DNA of 64,000 nt from Pseudomonadota bacterium (GCA_041182625.1 JBEGNF010000010.1:7222-71221); one strand, 5' to 3'; positions 20,833-32,684 are shown, numbered from the stretch's first letter. The notes: generated by a model not told the origin, from the sequence alone. Program-made: numbers and translations.

Positions 20833-22337
20833 TTCAGCAATGAGCGTATGCCCGGAAGCAGCTCGCTCGCCATAAGACCGCGCGGGCCTGTGCCTGCATC
20901 GACCATCTCGTCGGCCGCTTTGCCGTGCATCCACACAGCGGCCAGCGCGGCCTCCCACACCGGCCAGTGCTGAGCCAGCAGCGCACCGCACAGACCGGAG
21001 AGCACATCGCCCGTGCCTGCCGTTGCCAGCGCTGGATTGCCCGTGGTGTTAATCACCTGTAGTCCGTGTTGATCAGTGATCACGGTACCCGATCCCTTGA
21101 GAATCACTGTCGATAGAAAAAATGCAGCCAGTTCGTGCGCAGTGCCAAGCCGATCCGCCTGAACGCTGGTAGCGCTCGTGCCGAGTAGGCGCGCAGCTTC
21201 CAGAGGATGTGGGGTCAGCAGCGTCGGCGCGCGACGCTGACGAGTCTTTTGCTGCAACGCAGGTTCGGCAGCGATCAGGTTCAGCGCATCGGCATCCAGC
21301 ACTGCCGGCAGCTCGCTGGCCAGCGCGCGAGACAGCGCATCATGGGCGTGTCGCGATTGTCCGAGGCCAGTGCCCACCACCACGGCGCCCGAGGACAGTG
21401 GCAGCGCATCGGCATCACGGCACATCAGCTCGGGATACAGCGGGTCGAATGCGGGCGCGGCATCAATGAAACCGGCGTACACGCGTCCAGCGCCTGCCAT
21501 CGCACCCATGCGGGCCGCCAGCAGTACCGCACCGCCCATGCCGCTGGCGCCGCCCATGATCACCAGATCACCATAGCTGCCCTTGTGCGACGCATGCGAG
21601 CGCGGTGTTGCCAGGTGTCGAAACATGACTGGCTGGCTCAGTCTTGCCAGCGGCGCCGGATACAGCGACGCATCGACCGCGAGCGTGTCGATGATGATCT
21701 CCCCCGCGTGATCTCGACCCTGCGCGGTGTGAAGGCCGGGCTTGTCGGCAATGAAGCTGACCGTAGTGCTGGCGCGCACGGCCACGGCAGTGCTTCCCCC
21801 GACGATGGTACCGTGATCGGCATCCAATCCACTCGGTACATCGATGGCCAGACAGGGACAGGATTGCGTATTCATGTAGACCACCAGCCTGGCGAACACA
21901 CCCTCCAGCGGACGCGTGAGTCCGATACCGAACAATCCATCAATGAGCAAATCCCACTCGTCTACCGGTGCCAGTGACTCCGCAGGGACGAAGCGAGCAG
22001 CGCTCTGCCGGGCCTTGTCGAGTGCGCGCTGCGCATCAGGCGGGGCATGGGAGGGCATCTGTGGCATCACGATACTCACCTGATGTCCTTCGGAGGCGAG
22101 CAGCGTTGCGGCTTCCAGTGCATCGCCGCCGTTGTTGCCGGGGCCGACGACGACTAAAAGACGCGCACCGGAAGCAGGGCTGCTCAGCAGCTGGCGCGCT
22201 GCACGGGCGACAGCTGCGCCAGCGCGCTGCATCAGCGTGCCGGCAGGTAGGGCTGCCAGCGCGGCTTGTTCTATCGCCCGGATTTGGGAGACGCTGTAGA
22301 GTCCGTCGACTGCGCGATCAGCGCATGCGGTCGCCAT
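20814..22337 (-). CDS. nnr: Bifunctional NAD(P)H-hydrate epimerase/dehydratase
   Basis: GPGNNGGD, DGLFGIG, DVPSGL, HKGSYG, TPHPLEAARL, GTGDVLSG. Confidence 0.93.
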   Translation of the reverse strand: MATACADRAVDGLYSVSQIRAIEQAALAALPAGTLMQRAGAAVARAARQLLSSPASGARLLVVVGPGNNGGDALEAATLLASEGHQVSIVMPQMPSHAPPDAQRALDKARQSAARFVPAESLAPVDEWDLLIDGLFGIGLTRPLEGVFARLVVYMNTQSCPCLAIDVPSGLDADHGTIVGGSTAVAVRASTTVSFIADKPGLHTAQGRDHAGEIIIDTLAVDASLYPAPLARLSQPVMFRHLATPRSHASHKGSYGDLVIMGGASGMGGAVLLAARMGAMAGAGRVYAGFIDAAPAFDPLYPELMCRDADALPLSSGAVVVGTGLGQSRHAHDALSRALASELPAVLDADALNLIAAEPALQQKTRQRRAPTLLTPHPLEAARLLGTSATSVQADRLGTAHELAAFFLSTVILKGSGTVITDQHGLQVINTTGNPALATAGTGDVLSGLCGALLAQHWPVWEAALAAVWMHGKAADEMVDAGTGPRGLMASELLPGIRSLLNQLDRG

Positions 22338-23574
22338 AGCGGGTCAGGGTGAGGCCATCGGTATCGATTTCAGCGCGTCGGCCAGAAATCATGTCGGCCA
22401 ACAGCTTGCCGCTGCCTGCGGCCATGGCCCATGAGGCCGAGCCCTGTCCCGTGTTGACAAAGACATTCGGGTAACGGGTCGCGCCCAGCAGCGGCACACC
22501 CTCTGGCAGCATGGCCACGGGTCCGGTCCAGAAATTCGCGGTACGGTAATTGGCGGCATTCGGGAACCAGTCATCCGCGACCTTGACCAGCGTGTTGATC
22601 GCCTTCTGATGAAGATCCAGATTGGAAGAGCCCAGCTCGGCGCAGCCCGCGATACGAATTCGTTTGCCCAGACGAGTCAGCGCAACGCGATAGGTGTCGT
22701 CGAACAGCGAAGTCTGTGGCGCGAGCTCGAATTCTTGGATGGCCGTCGATGCAGAATACACTTTGACCGGGTAGGCCGGCAGGCCGATGCCCAGCGCCTT
22801 GAGCAGCCGGGTGCTGTCGCTGCCCGCTGCGACCACCACGGCATCGGCATCGATCTGGCGGTTCTCAATCAGCAGACTGACGCCGCCCAGTTCAGGACGT
22901 ATTGCCTGCACCTCGCAATTGAAGTGAAATTCCACGCCTTTATCTTGTGACAGTGCCTTGAGCTGCCTGACGAACAGCGGGCAGTTGCCGGCCCAGTCGT
23001 CCGGCACATGCAATGCCGAGTGAAACGTTGTCTCCCCCGACAGCGCAGGCTCGAGCTGGCGCGCAGCATCGAGATCGAGCAATTCATTACGGCAGCCAAA
23101 CTCGCCCAGCAGCTCCATGTAGGGCAGAGCCATTTCCAGTTCCTTGGCAGTGCGAAACATGATCATCATGCCGCTACGCTGCTGGAAATCCAGATCATGC
23201 GTCTGCACCAGATGCTGCATCAGCTCCTGGCTGTAGCTCGCAAGACGGTACAGCCGCTGCTGGTTCTGTTTGTAGCGTCCAAGGGAAGTTTCCGAGATCG
23301 AGCGCTTCAGCCAGCGCCACATGGCGGGTTCGAAGCGTGCGCTGAACGCGAGCGATGATTCCGGACGGAAAAGCATGGATAGCACGCGGCCGGGAGCGCC
23401 GGGAGTTGCCCACAGTCTCAGCCCGGACGGGCCCATCAGGTCCAGATTGCCGAAGCTCGCCTCCTGGGCCACATTGCCATATCGCTCGATCACCGCGACT
23501 TCATGGCCGGCTTCCGCCAAATAATAGGCAGTGCACACACCGATAACACCGCCACCGATTACAGCTACGCGCAT
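22318..23574 (-). CDS. D-amino acid dehydrogenase family FAD oxidoreductase (DadA-like)
   Basis: GGGVIG, ASFGN, RLGKRIRIAG, NTGQGSASWAMAAGSG. Divergent from canonical DadA at several motifs. Confidence 0.85.
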   Translation of the reverse strand: MRVAVIGGGVIGVCTAYYLAEAGHEVAVIERYGNVAQEASFGNLDLMGPSGLRLWATPGAPGRVLSMLFRPESSLAFSARFEPAMWRWLKRSISETSLGRYKQNQQRLYRLASYSQELMQHLVQTHDLDFQQRSGMMIMFRTAKELEMALPYMELLGEFGCRNELLDLDAARQLEPALSGETTFHSALHVPDDWAGNCPLFVRQLKALSQDKGVEFHFNCEVQAIRPELGGVSLLIENRQIDADAVVVAAGSDSTRLLKALGIGLPAYPVKVYSASTAIQEFELAPQTSLFDDTYRVALTRLGKRIRIAGCAELGSSNLDLHQKAINTLVKVADDWFPNAANYRTANFWTGPVAMLPEGVPLLGATRYPNVFVNTGQGSASWAMAAGSGKLLADMISGRRAEIDTDGLTLTRYGDRMR

Positions 23575-23913
23575 TGGACTCCAGCTTGTTGAAGAACCTC
23601 ACGGCCGTTCTGCTATCGCCGTGGGACAGGTCTGTGCCTGCAAGTTCAGGAAAAACTGCTCGATTAATTCAATTTGTAGGGAGAGTGCTATTTATTATCG
23701 GGAATTATTGAACAACGCCCGCTAGATTATCTGCAAAACTGCTCTAAAACAATCCACACCTGGGGCACTGCAAGGTATTTGCATGGTGCATTTGATCAGA
23801 TTGCACCCTTAGCGCTCGTTAACATGGTGCATGGGTTGATCTCCTTGTATTTGGCACACCACAAAAAGAAATAAATCGCCCTTCGAACAAATAGTTCGAT
23901 CTTCGAATACGTT

Positions 23914-23929
23914 TGGCATGCGAATTGCA
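23914..23929 (+). promoter_or_regulatory. sigma54 (-24/-12) promoter
   Basis: TGGCATG-CGAA-TTGCA with exact GG-N10-GC spacing, 59 nt upstream of ATG 23988. Confidence 0.75.
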
Positions 23930-23987
23930 AAAAAAGAAATGTCAGTCAGGTGGAATCTGACATTGTAAATTGAAGGAAGCATTTGCC

Positions 23988-24935
23988 ATGAAAGCGATCG
24001 GAAAAATAACGTCCTCGCGCCGGCAGCGCACTATCACTGCGTCGGCGGCTCCCGTTCACGCGGGCCATCATCCTCCCCACATCAGGCTGTCGTCTGGTTC
24101 ACTGTCGTTTAGGAAATCCGGCGAGCCCGGTTCATCATATTGTGCGTTTCTTGAGACTCAGATCGCCGCCTGGGAGCGTGAGCGCGAAAAAGCATCGCAG
24201 GTCGATATTCGTGCATTGCTCGCGGCAGATAGGGTGTCCGGATCGAGTTTTGCACCACCCTGGTCGGTAGAGATCGTCGAGCCCGATACGCTAGACGCGC
24301 TGGAGGCGGAGACCACGGGCTACCGGGATCGTTTGGCGAAACTGCAGAAGGTTAGCGGAAAACGCTTACCTGCAGGCTTGCCCGGCAACCCAGCGATGTT
24401 CGGGATCGGCCCGCTGAAACCCGCGACCGGGGCCAATCTGCTGGACAGTTCACCCAGCGCGCTGAATGCCTTCATCATCGATCTGCTGCCCGGTGAGCGC
24501 AAGTTGCCTGCGTTGCTGCGAGGCCCCTATGATCTGCGTGCCTGCAAATACCTGTTCGTCATTGATCAGTATGGTCTTCATGTTCTGCATGAGCTGACGC
24601 CGTGTACGACCACTGCGCGGGGCTTCGGTGGTCATCCGCAGCTGCCTGCGGTAAATGGCTGGGCGGCGATAGGCGGCGAAGCATTTTTCAGTGATGCGGA
24701 TGATCGGAAGGTTTTCATCAATTTTGGTTCGGGCCGATTTCCCCCCGATAGCGTGGCGCAAATGGAAGCGACCTCGAGGTATTGGCTCGCTTGCGGTATG
24801 AACGAGGTGGTGGCAGTGTTTGAGAACCGTGATCTTTCCCGACGCGCGTATGGTCTGGGCGATCGCTACGGGCAGCAACTACCGAACAAGATCTATCGTC
24901 GACAGCGGCTCATCCGAGACGAGATGGTGCAATAA
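23988..24935 (+). CDS. Hypothetical protein with a possible toxin/ART-like C-terminal domain
   Basis: 315-codon ORF with AAGGAAG SD and a sigma54 promoter. No family recognised with certainty. Confidence 0.75.
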   Translation: MKAIGKITSSRRQRTITASAAPVHAGHHPPHIRLSSGSLSFRKSGEPGSSYCAFLETQIAAWEREREKASQVDIRALLAADRVSGSSFAPPWSVEIVEPDTLDALEAETTGYRDRLAKLQKVSGKRLPAGLPGNPAMFGIGPLKPATGANLLDSSPSALNAFIIDLLPGERKLPALLRGPYDLRACKYLFVIDQYGLHVLHELTPCTTTARGFGGHPQLPAVNGWAAIGGEAFFSDADDRKVFINFGSGRFPPDSVAQMEATSRYWLACGMNEVVAVFENRDLSRRAYGLGDRYGQQLPNKIYRRQRLIRDEMVQ

Positions 24936-26218
24936 CCGCTTCCATGAGGCGGGCGATGGCGGCGATTCGTGCATCGGTCAATGCCGAGGACGCCAGCGAA
25001 AAACCGACCGGGAGATCGCCTTCGCGATGACACGGGATCGAGATCGCGCAGCCGTCCAAGAGATTGATGATTGAGGTATTTCTCAGCAACAGCCGGTTCG
25101 CATCAAAAAAAGCCTCGTCGGAAGCAAGCAGTGCCTCGGTTTTGGGCGCAACGATGGGCACCGTGGGCATGATCATCGCGTCATAGCCGGCAAGAACGTC
25201 CTCCAGTCCCTTGCGCCATGATTCGCGCGCGCGACGCAAGCGGTCTTTGTCTTCGTCAGTGGCATTCGCCCCGAGCAGGATTCTCGACACAACGCGAGGG
25301 TCATACTCATGCTTGCGCTGGGACAGAAGCGCTTCGTGAAAAGGGTAGGCCTCATAAGGCGAGATCAGATAAAGATCTTTTGCTTCAGCCAGCATGCGCA
25401 TGGGTACTTCAACGATCTGCGCACCGGCAGCAGAGAGACGCGACACGGCGGCCGTGAATGCCTTCGCCACCTGACTATCCACGGCATCAAGTACCACATC
25501 TTCCGGGATGGCCAGCTTCAGTTGGGCTAGCTCCATCGCAGGCAGCTCGAGTGGGTCATCGGCGATAACGCGGTCGATCAGCAGACAATCATCGACGGTT
25601 GCTGCAATTGGCCCCACAGAGTCGAGTGAGGGCGCCAGCGGCAGCGCGCCTTGCACGGGCACGCGGCGCAGGGTGGGCTTGAAACCCACCAGCCCGCACA
25701 AGGCCGCGGGTATTCTCACGGAGCCGCCGGTATCCGAGCCGATCGCGGCCACGCAGCTGCCAATGGCGACCGACACCGCTGCGCCCGATGACGAACCGCC
25801 TGGGATAGATACGCGTCGGATCAGCCGGGTTGGCGGGTGTGCCGAGATGCGGGTTGATGCCCACGCCCGAGTAGGCGAACTCGGTCATGTTGGTCTTGCC
25901 GATGATTGCCGCCCCCGCCGCGCGGAGGCGGGCGACCACGACCGCATCCGATGCGGCGGGAGGCGCATCGCGCAATGCGACCGATCCGGCCAGCGTGGTT
26001 TCGCCTGCCACATCGAACAAGTCTTTCACCGAGACCGGCAACCCAGCCAGTGCCGAACTGTGCTGCCCCGTTACCCGCAGCACATCCGCGTGAGCGGCAG
26101 CGGCCAGCGCCGCGTCGGCATACAGCTGCGTGTAGACCGAGGAAGACTCGCGCGCGACGGCCAGGCTGGCCTGCATGAGCTCGCGGCGGTTCTGAGTGTT
26201 CAGAGAAATAATTGGCAT
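24910..26218 (-). pseudogene. Amidase-signature family amidase (GatA/AtzE-like), split by a frameshift
   Basis: 5' part has VSVKDLFDV and GKTNMTEFA; 3' part has GSDTGGSVRIPAA. Removing one copy of the GATA-GATA duplication at 25804-25811 restores RIPGGSSSG. Confidence 0.9.
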
Positions 26219-26429
26219 CGGAGGGTCGGGTCTGGGCACCGCACTTTTTTGTCCCGGACAACGATAGCATGAGCCTGAGGGCCTCGGATCCCAAGTCGCC
26301 GGTCAATGATCCGATCGCTGGGCGACGCAGGTGTGCGCGGTATAATGCCCACTCACCGATTCAACCCGAGAACACTGGCCCGCGCAGTACTTTTCGCTGG
26401 CCGGCCGGCTCGCCAACTGCGTCTTCGCC

Positions 26430-29400
26430 ATGCTCACTCTTTCGGGCTCCAGCGCCCTGTCAGGCTTTCGTTTACAGCGTTTATTATCACAACTGAAAGA
26501 TATCGATCCGGCGATTACCGGAATCTCCGGGCGCTTTTGCCACTTCATCGATGCGCCCTCCGGACTGAGCGAGGAAGAAAAACAGCAGCTCTCTGCGATG
26601 CTCACCTACGGCGAACCCTTTAGCGGGGAAGAATCGGGCGAGCAGTTCATCGTGATACCGCGTATCGGCACCATCTCGCCCTGGGCGAGCAAGGCCACCG
26701 ATATCGCGCACAACTGCGGCATGCGTCATGTGCACCGTATCGAACGCGGCATTCGCTACTTCGTACAGCGGAAATCCGGATTGCTCGGACAAAAAAAGCT
26801 CGACGCAAGCAAGCTCGCTGAGATCGTCGCACTGCTGCACGATCGGATGACCGAGACCGTGGTGCGTGACGCTGCAGATGCTGCAGGACTGTTCCGTGAT
26901 CTCGAGCCGCAGCCCTTGGCGTATATCGACATGATCAAAGGCGGCAAGCAGGCGCTGGACAACGCGAATGCCGAACTCGGCCTCGCCTTGTCAGATGATG
27001 AGATCGATTATCTGTTCGATGCGTTCACCCGTGCAGGACGCAACCCGACCGATGTGGAATTGATGATGTTCGCACAGGCGAACAGCGAGCACTGCCGACA
27101 CAAGATCTTCAATGCCGACTGGACTATCGACGGACAGCCTCAGGATCGCTCGCTCTTTGCGATGATCCGTCATACGCATCAGCTCAACCCCAAAGGCACC
27201 ATCGTTGCCTACGCCGACAATGCCTCCGTGATCGAAGGAGCGACCGTCACGCGGTTTTACCCGCGCGCCGGTCAGGGCTGGCAGTACCTGGCCAGCGACG
27301 AGCCGACACATATCCTGATGAAGGTCGAGACGCATAATCATCCAACCGCGATTTCGCCATTTCCGGGGGCATCGACCGGCGCCGGCGGTGAGATTCGAGA
27401 CGAAGGCGCGACCGGCCGTGGAGCCAAGCCTAAAGCGGGCCTGACTGGTTTCACGGTATCTAACCTGATGATCCAACATGCGGTGCGCCAGTGGGAGAAC
27501 GCCCGCGATGTCAACGTGCCGCCTTCGCAGCGCAAACAGACGGGTACGTCCGGCATTACCGGCAAGCCGGAGCGGATTGCATCGCCGCTGCAGATCATGA
27601 TCGATGGCCCGATCGGTGGCGCGGCATTTAACAATGAGTTCGGTCGTCCGAACCTGACCGGTTATTTCCGCAGCTATGAGCAGAATGTCGGCGGCTCGGT
27701 CTATGGCTATCACAAGCCCATCATGATTGCCGGCGGTCTGGGCAATATCTCCGGGCTACACACGAAAAAAGAAGCCCTGCCTGTCGGCAGTCTGCTGATC
27801 CAGCTCGGCGGCCCCGGCATGCGCATCGGTATGGGGGGCGGTGCCGCTTCGTCGATGGCGACGGGCGCAAACACGGCGGATCTCGATTTCGATTCTGTAC
27901 AGCGCGGCAATCCCGAGATGCAGCGCCGCGCGCAGGAGGTGATCAATGCCTGCTGGGCGATGGGCGAGAACAATCCGGTGCTCTCCATTCATGATGTGGG
28001 TGCGGGCGGGCTGTCGAATGCGTTCCCTGAGCTGACCAATGATGCCGGACGGGGAGCGGTGTTTGATCTGCGCAAAGTGCATCTGGAAGAGAGCGGACTG
28101 GCGCCGAAAGAAATCTGGAGCAATGAATCTCAGGAACGGTATGTGATGGCGATTGCGCCACCCAGCCTGCCGCTGTTCACTTCGTTGTGCGAGCGAGAGC
28201 GCTGTCCGTTCGCGGTCGTGGGTATTGCGACCGAAGAGCGACAGCTGCGCGTCATCGACCCTGAGCATGACAACTACCCGGTCGACATGCCGATGGAAGT
28301 CTTGCTGGGCAAGCCGCCGAAGATGCATCGCGACGTGAAGCGCATGCCGCAGGTGGCGATACCGATCGACCTCACGGGAGTCTCGCTCGAAGAGGCCGCT
28401 CAGCGCGTGTTGACACTGCCTACCGTTGCAGATAAATCTTTCCTGATCACGATAGGTGATCGTACCGTCGGCGCACATACGGTGCGTGATCAGATGGTCG
28501 GGCCCTGGCAAGTGCCGGTCGCGGATTGCGCAGTGACGACCATGAGTCATGTTGGCTATCTCGGCGAGGCGATGGCGATGGGCGAGCGCACGCCGCTGGC
28601 GGTGGTGAATGCGCCGGCCTCGGGGCGCATGGCGGTCGGTGAGGCAATCACGAATATCGCCGCCGCAGCGATCAATGAGCTGTCGGACATCAAGCTCTCT
28701 GCGAACTGGATGGCGGCCTGCGGCCAGCCCGGGCAGGATGCGGCGCTGTTCGATACCGTGAAGGCAGTCGGCATGGAGCTGTGTCCCGCGCTAGGCATCA
28801 GCATCCCGGTGGGTAAAGATTCGCTGTCGATGCGCACCACCTGGCGCGATGATGAAGGCGACAAGGCGGTGATCTCGCCGGTGTCGCTGATCGTGTCGTC
28901 GTTCGCGCCAGTGGCGGACGTGCGGCGCTCACTGACGCCACAGCTGCGCACGGATCTCGGCGAGACTTCGCTGATCCTGATCGACCTTGGCCGTGGGAAG
29001 AACCGCCTTGGCGCTTCGGCACTGGCACAGGTGATGCAGCAGCTGGGTAATGAAGTTCCCGATATTGACGAAGCGAATGATCTGAAAGCCTTCTTCAATG
29101 CCGTGCAGCGGCTTAATCGCGAGCAGAAGCTGCTGGCCTACCACGACCGCTCCGATGGCGGCCTGTATACGACGCTGTGCGAGATGGCTTTTGCCGGTCA
29201 CACGGGCCTCTCGGTCAACCTCGACATTCTGGTGACCGAAGGTGAGCATGCGACGGACTGGGGCGATTCCAAAAACTGGTCAAGCCAGGTGGATGAGCGT
29301 CGCAACGACCTGACGCTGCGTGCGCTGTTCAATGAAGAACTGGGCGCAGTGCTACAAGTGCGTGCCGCTGAAAAGTCAGAGGTGATGAATGTGCTGCGTG

Positions 29401-30443
29401 AGTTTGGCCTGGGTGCTTGCAGCCATATCATTGGCAAGACCAATGATCGCGATGTGATCGAATTTACCCGCGACGCGAAGATCATCTACAGCCAGAAGCG
29501 CTCGGTATTGCATCGTCTCTGGAGCGAGACCAGCTGGCGTCTGGCGCGCCTGCGTGACAACCCTGCTTGTGCGGATGCTGAATATGACCGCTGGCTGGAT
29601 GAATCGGATCCGGGTATGCAGCCGGTCATTGCCTTTGATCCCTCCGACGATGTGGCAGCGCCTTTGATTGCGACCGGTGCGCGTCCCCGTGTGGCGATCT
29701 TGCGCGAACAGGGCGTGAACTCCCATGTCGAGACGGCCTATGTGATGCACCAGTCGGGCTTTGATGCGATCGATGTGCACATGAGCGACCTGATTACTGG
29801 GCGTGCATCGCTGGAAGGCTTCAGCGGCCTGATCGCGGTCGGTGGTTTTTCATACGGCGATGTGCTGGGTGCGGGTGAGGGCTGGTCCAAGACCATCCTG
29901 TTCAATCCGGCGTTGTCGGAGCAATTCTCCGGCTTCTTCCAGCGCAAGGAGACCTTCGCACTGGGCATCTGCAACGGCTGCCAGATGATGAGCAGTCTGA
30001 AATCCATTATTCCCGGTGCCGAGCACTGGCCGAAATTTACGCGCAATCAGTCCGAGCAGTTCGAGGCGCGCTTTGCGATGGTCGACATACCGGAATCGCC
30101 ATCGATCTTCTTTGCCGGCATGGCGGGAACGCGCACACCGATCGCAGTCGCGCACGGCGAAGGCTACGCCAATTTCGCGCATACGGGTGATCCGACCAAA
30201 GTGCGGGTGGCCTTGCGCTTCGTGGACAATCACGGTCAGCCAACCGAGCGCTATCCGTTCAATCCGAACGGATCGCCGTCGGGTGTTACGGCAGTCACCA
30301 CCGCGGATGGCCGCTTCACGGTGATGATGCCGCATGCGGAGCGGGTGTTTCGCACGGTGCAGCACTCGTGGCATCCGGACGGTTGGAGCGAGGATGCTCC
30401 GTGGATGCGCATGTTCCGCAATGCGCGCAAATGGGTGGGCTGA
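26430..30443 (+). CDS. purL: Phosphoribosylformylglycinamidine synthase (large PurL)
   Basis: [20 protein letters not shown]-terminal glutaminase GICNGCQM and MPHAER. Confidence 0.98.
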   Translation: MLTLSGSSALSGFRLQRLLSQLKDIDPAITGISGRFCHFIDAPSGLSEEEKQQLSAMLTYGEPFSGEESGEQFIVIPRIGTISPWASKATDIAHNCGMRHVHRIERGIRYFVQRKSGLLGQKKLDASKLAEIVALLHDRMTETVVRDAADAAGLFRDLEPQPLAYIDMIKGGKQALDNANAELGLALSDDEIDYLFDAFTRAGRNPTDVELMMFAQANSEHCRHKIFNADWTIDGQPQDRSLFAMIRHTHQLNPKGTIVAYADNASVIEGATVTRFYPRAGQGWQYLASDEPTHILMKVETHNHPTAISPFPGASTGAGGEIRDEGATGRGAKPKAGLTGFTVSNLMIQHAVRQWENARDVNVPPSQRKQTGTSGITGKPERIASPLQIMIDGPIGGAAFNNEFGRPNLTGYFRSYEQNVGGSVYGYHKPIMIAGGLGNISGLHTKKEALPVGSLLIQLGGPGMRIGMGGGAASSMATGANTADLDFDSVQRGNPEMQRRAQEVINACWAMGENNPVLSIHDVGAGGLSNAFPELTNDAGRGAVFDLRKVHLEESGLAPKEIWSNESQERYVMAIAPPSLPLFTSLCERERCPFAVVGIATEERQLRVIDPEHDNYPVDMPMEVLLGKPPKMHRDVKRMPQVAIPIDLTGVSLEEAAQRVLTLPTVADKSFLITIGDRTVGAHTVRDQMVGPWQVPVADCAVTTMSHVGYLGEAMAMGERTPLAVVNAPASGRMAVGEAITNIAAAAINELSDIKLSANWMAACGQPGQDAALFDTVKAVGMELCPALGISIPVGKDSLSMRTTWRDDEGDKAVISPVSLIVSSFAPVADVRRSLTPQLRTDLGETSLILIDLGRGKNRLGASALAQVMQQLGNEVPDIDEANDLKAFFNAVQRLNREQKLLAYHDRSDGGLYTTLCEMAFAGHTGLSVNLDILVTEGEHATDWGDSKNWSSQVDERRNDLTLRALFNEELGAVLQVRAAEKSEVMNVLREFGLGACSHIIGKTNDRDVIEFTRDAKIIYSQKRSVLHRLWSETSWRLARLRDNPACADAEYDRWLDESDPGMQPVIAFDPSDDVAAPLIATGARPRVAILREQGVNSHVETAYVMHQSGFDAIDVHMSDLITGRASLEGFSGLIAVGGFSYGDVLGAGEGWSKTILFNPALSEQFSGFFQRKETFALGICNGCQMMSSLKSIIPGAEHWPKFTRNQSEQFEARFAMVDIPESPSIFFAGMAGTRTPIAVAHGEGYANFAHTGDPTKVRVALRFVDNHGQPTERYPFNPNGSPSGVTAVTTADGRFTVMMPHAERVFRTVQHSWHPDGWSEDAPWMRMFRNARKWVG

Positions 30444-30468
30444 AGCGCCGGGTTCAAAGCATCGTCAT

Positions 30469-30497
30469 AAAAAAACGCTCCCGAGGGAGCGTTTTTT
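30469..30497. terminator. Bidirectional rho-independent terminator
   Basis: AAAAAAACGCTCC-CGAG-GGAGCGTTTTTT between convergent purL and ppiase genes. Confidence 0.88.
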
Positions 30498-30521
30498 GCA
30501 ACGTCGAACTCAGCCGCTTGT

Positions 30522-31301
30522 TTACTGAATCTTCGCCTTCTTCTTCAGGTCTTGCTGGAAACCTTGCAGCTTGCGCTGCTGGAGCGATTCGCCGATTTGA
30601 CCTTTGACTTCCTCAAACGGAGGGAATTGCGCATCGCGCGTCTCTTCCAGCCGGATCACGTGATAACCGAACTGCGACTTGACTGGGTTCTGCGTGTATT
30701 CACCCGTCTTCAGTGCAATCATGGCCTCGGAGAAAGGCTTCACGAAGGCGTCGGGCGGTGCCCAGCCCAAATCGCCGCCTTGCTCGGCTGAGCCGGGATC
30801 TTTGGAGGATTTGGCCAGTTCTTCAAACTTGGCGCCGCCTTTCAGCTTGCTGATAATGGCCTTCGCTTCGTCTTCCTTTTCGACCAAGATATGGCGTGCG
30901 TGATATTCCTTGCCGCTGTTCGAGGCTTTCACCTTTTCGTACTCGGCTTTCATGTCTTCATCCTTGACCGGGTGCTTGGTCAGGTACTCGGACACCATCG
31001 CACGGATCACGATGGATTGGCGCGCCATCTCGATCTGATTCTTGATGTCGGCACGGCTGGAGATGCCTTGCTTGTCGGCCTCCTGCGCGAGCACTTCTCG
31101 ATTGATCAGTTCATCTTTGATCATCGAGCGCATTTCTGGGGTGTCTTGCTGGCCTTGCTGCACCATTTGCTTGACCATCACGTCAACACGTGACGTCGGG
31201 ATTGCCTTGCCATTGACCACGGCGACATTCTGCGCCAGCACGGGCAAGCCGGCCGATGCCATCAGCAGCACGAGCAGGCGAGCGGTTTTCAGATTCATCA
31301 T
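30522..31301 (-). CDS. PpiC-type (parvulin) peptidyl-prolyl isomerase, exported
   Basis: Signal peptide, YHARHILV, SKDPGSAEQGGDLGW, FGYHVI. Confidence 0.92.
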   Translation of the reverse strand: MMNLKTARLLVLLMASAGLPVLAQNVAVVNGKAIPTSRVDVMVKQMVQQGQQDTPEMRSMIKDELINREVLAQEADKQGISSRADIKNQIEMARQSIVIRAMVSEYLTKHPVKDEDMKAEYEKVKASNSGKEYHARHILVEKEDEAKAIISKLKGGAKFEELAKSSKDPGSAEQGGDLGWAPPDAFVKPFSEAMIALKTGEYTQNPVKSQFGYHVIRLEETRDAQFPPFEEVKGQIGESLQQRKLQGFQQDLKKKAKIQ

Positions 31302-31365
31302 AATTGTTGATTTAGGGGGTCGTTGATAAAAACGGCCGGCGCCACAGTCAGCTGCCGATCGGTGT

Positions 31366-31647
31366 TCAAGCTTCCGATGCAGCGGCCTCGGCCGGCGTCA
31401 GCAAGGTCATTGCGAGAGCGTGTATATCTTTCTGCATCATCTCGCGCAGGCAATCATACACTAGCCGATGGCGACCAAGCTTGCCCAGCCCGTCAAAGCG
31501 CTCCGAGATCATGCGAATCCGATAATGCCCGCCGCCCGAAGCGGCACCGGCATGCCCGGCATGCAGCGCGGATTCGTCGTCGATAGTCAGTGACACGGGC
31601 GAGAGCTCAAGTGTCAGCAACTCATGTATGCGCTCCACGCGATTCAT
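31366..31647 (-). CDS. bolA: BolA family protein
   Basis: [24 protein letters not shown]. Confidence 0.92.
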   Translation of the reverse strand: MNRVERIHELLTLELSPVSLTIDDESALHAGHAGAASGGGHYRIRMISERFDGLGKLGRHRLVYDCLREMMQKDIHALAMTLLTPAEAAASEA

Positions 31648-32264
31648 TCGGCTTCCTTCATATGGCGCGACAGGTAGATGCTTTGTAGGACGACAAACAC
31701 GATCATCAATCCGAGAAATCCGAACAGCTTGAAATTAACCCAGAAGTCCAGCGGAAAACTAAAAGCGATGTAAAGATTCAGCCCGCCCATCAGCGAGAAA
31801 AACAATCCCCAGGCGAGATTGAGCCGAGACCAGACGTTCTCGGGCAGGCTGAGTTGCTTGCCCATCACGGCTTTCATCAGATTTTTTTTCAGCAGCAGCG
31901 GACTGGCAAGCAGTACCAGCGCAAAGCACCAGTACAGTACGGTCGGTTTGAGTTTTATGAATTGCTCATCATGAAAATAAATCGTTGCCCCGCCGAAGAG
32001 CACGATGATCACCAGCGACACCCAGAGCATGTTATCGACGGGCTTGCGTCTGGCCAACAGCCATCCGATCTGCCCGATAGTGGCGAGTATGGCGACTGCG
32101 GTCGCCAGCAGTATGGGTGCCTGAGCCAGCGTGACCTCGCCGCCTGACACCAAGGCCGACAGATAGTGGCTTCCGACTGCCTGAGCCGCCTCGGGGTTCG
32201 AGCCCGCGAGCCGGAAGACAACAAAAAACAGAATCACAGGGAACAGGTCGAACAGAAGTTTCAT
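31644..32264 (-). CDS. yciB: Intracellular septation protein A (YciB/IspZ)
   Basis: [30 protein letters not shown]. Confidence 0.93.
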   Translation of the reverse strand: MKLLFDLFPVILFFVVFRLAGSNPEAAQAVGSHYLSALVSGGEVTLAQAPILLATAVAILATIGQIGWLLARRKPVDNMLWVSLVIIVLFGGATIYFHDEQFIKLKPTVLYWCFALVLLASPLLLKKNLMKAVMGKQLSLPENVWSRLNLAWGLFFSLMGGLNLYIAFSFPLDFWVNFKLFGFLGLMIVFVVLQSIYLSRHMKEAE

Positions 32265-32270
32265 CGCTGT

Positions 32271-32675
32271 TTATTCAGAGTGATCGGCACTGAAGCGCAG
32301 CGCAGCAGAATTGATGCAGTAGCGCAGGCCGGTGGGTGGCGGACCGTCGGGAAATACATGACCGAGATGCGCATCGCAGACCGCGCACAAGATCTCAGTG
32401 CGTATCATGCCGTGGCTGCGATCGATTCGTTCGCTCACGTTTGCCGGATCGAGCGCCCGAAAGTAGCTTGGCCAGCCGCAGCCCGAGTCGAATTTGGCAT
32501 CCGATTCAAACAGGGCCGTGCCGCAGCAGACGCAAGAATAAATCCCTTGCGCGTGATGGTCCCAGTAGCGACCTGTGAATGCACGCTCCGTGGCTGCGTG
32601 GCGGGTGACCTGATATTCCATCGGGTCCAGCATGGCCTTCCATTCTTCATCGCTGCGAGTGACTTTGGTTTTCAT
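32271..32675 (-). CDS. msrB: Peptide methionine-(R)-sulfoxide reductase
   Basis: [34 protein letters not shown]. Confidence 0.96.
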   Translation of the reverse strand: MKTKVTRSDEEWKAMLDPMEYQVTRHAATERAFTGRYWDHHAQGIYSCVCCGTALFESDAKFDSGCGWPSYFRALDPANVSERIDRSHGMIRTEILCAVCDAHLGHVFPDGPPPTGLRYCINSAALRFSADHSE

Positions 32676-32684
32676 CGTTCGTCC

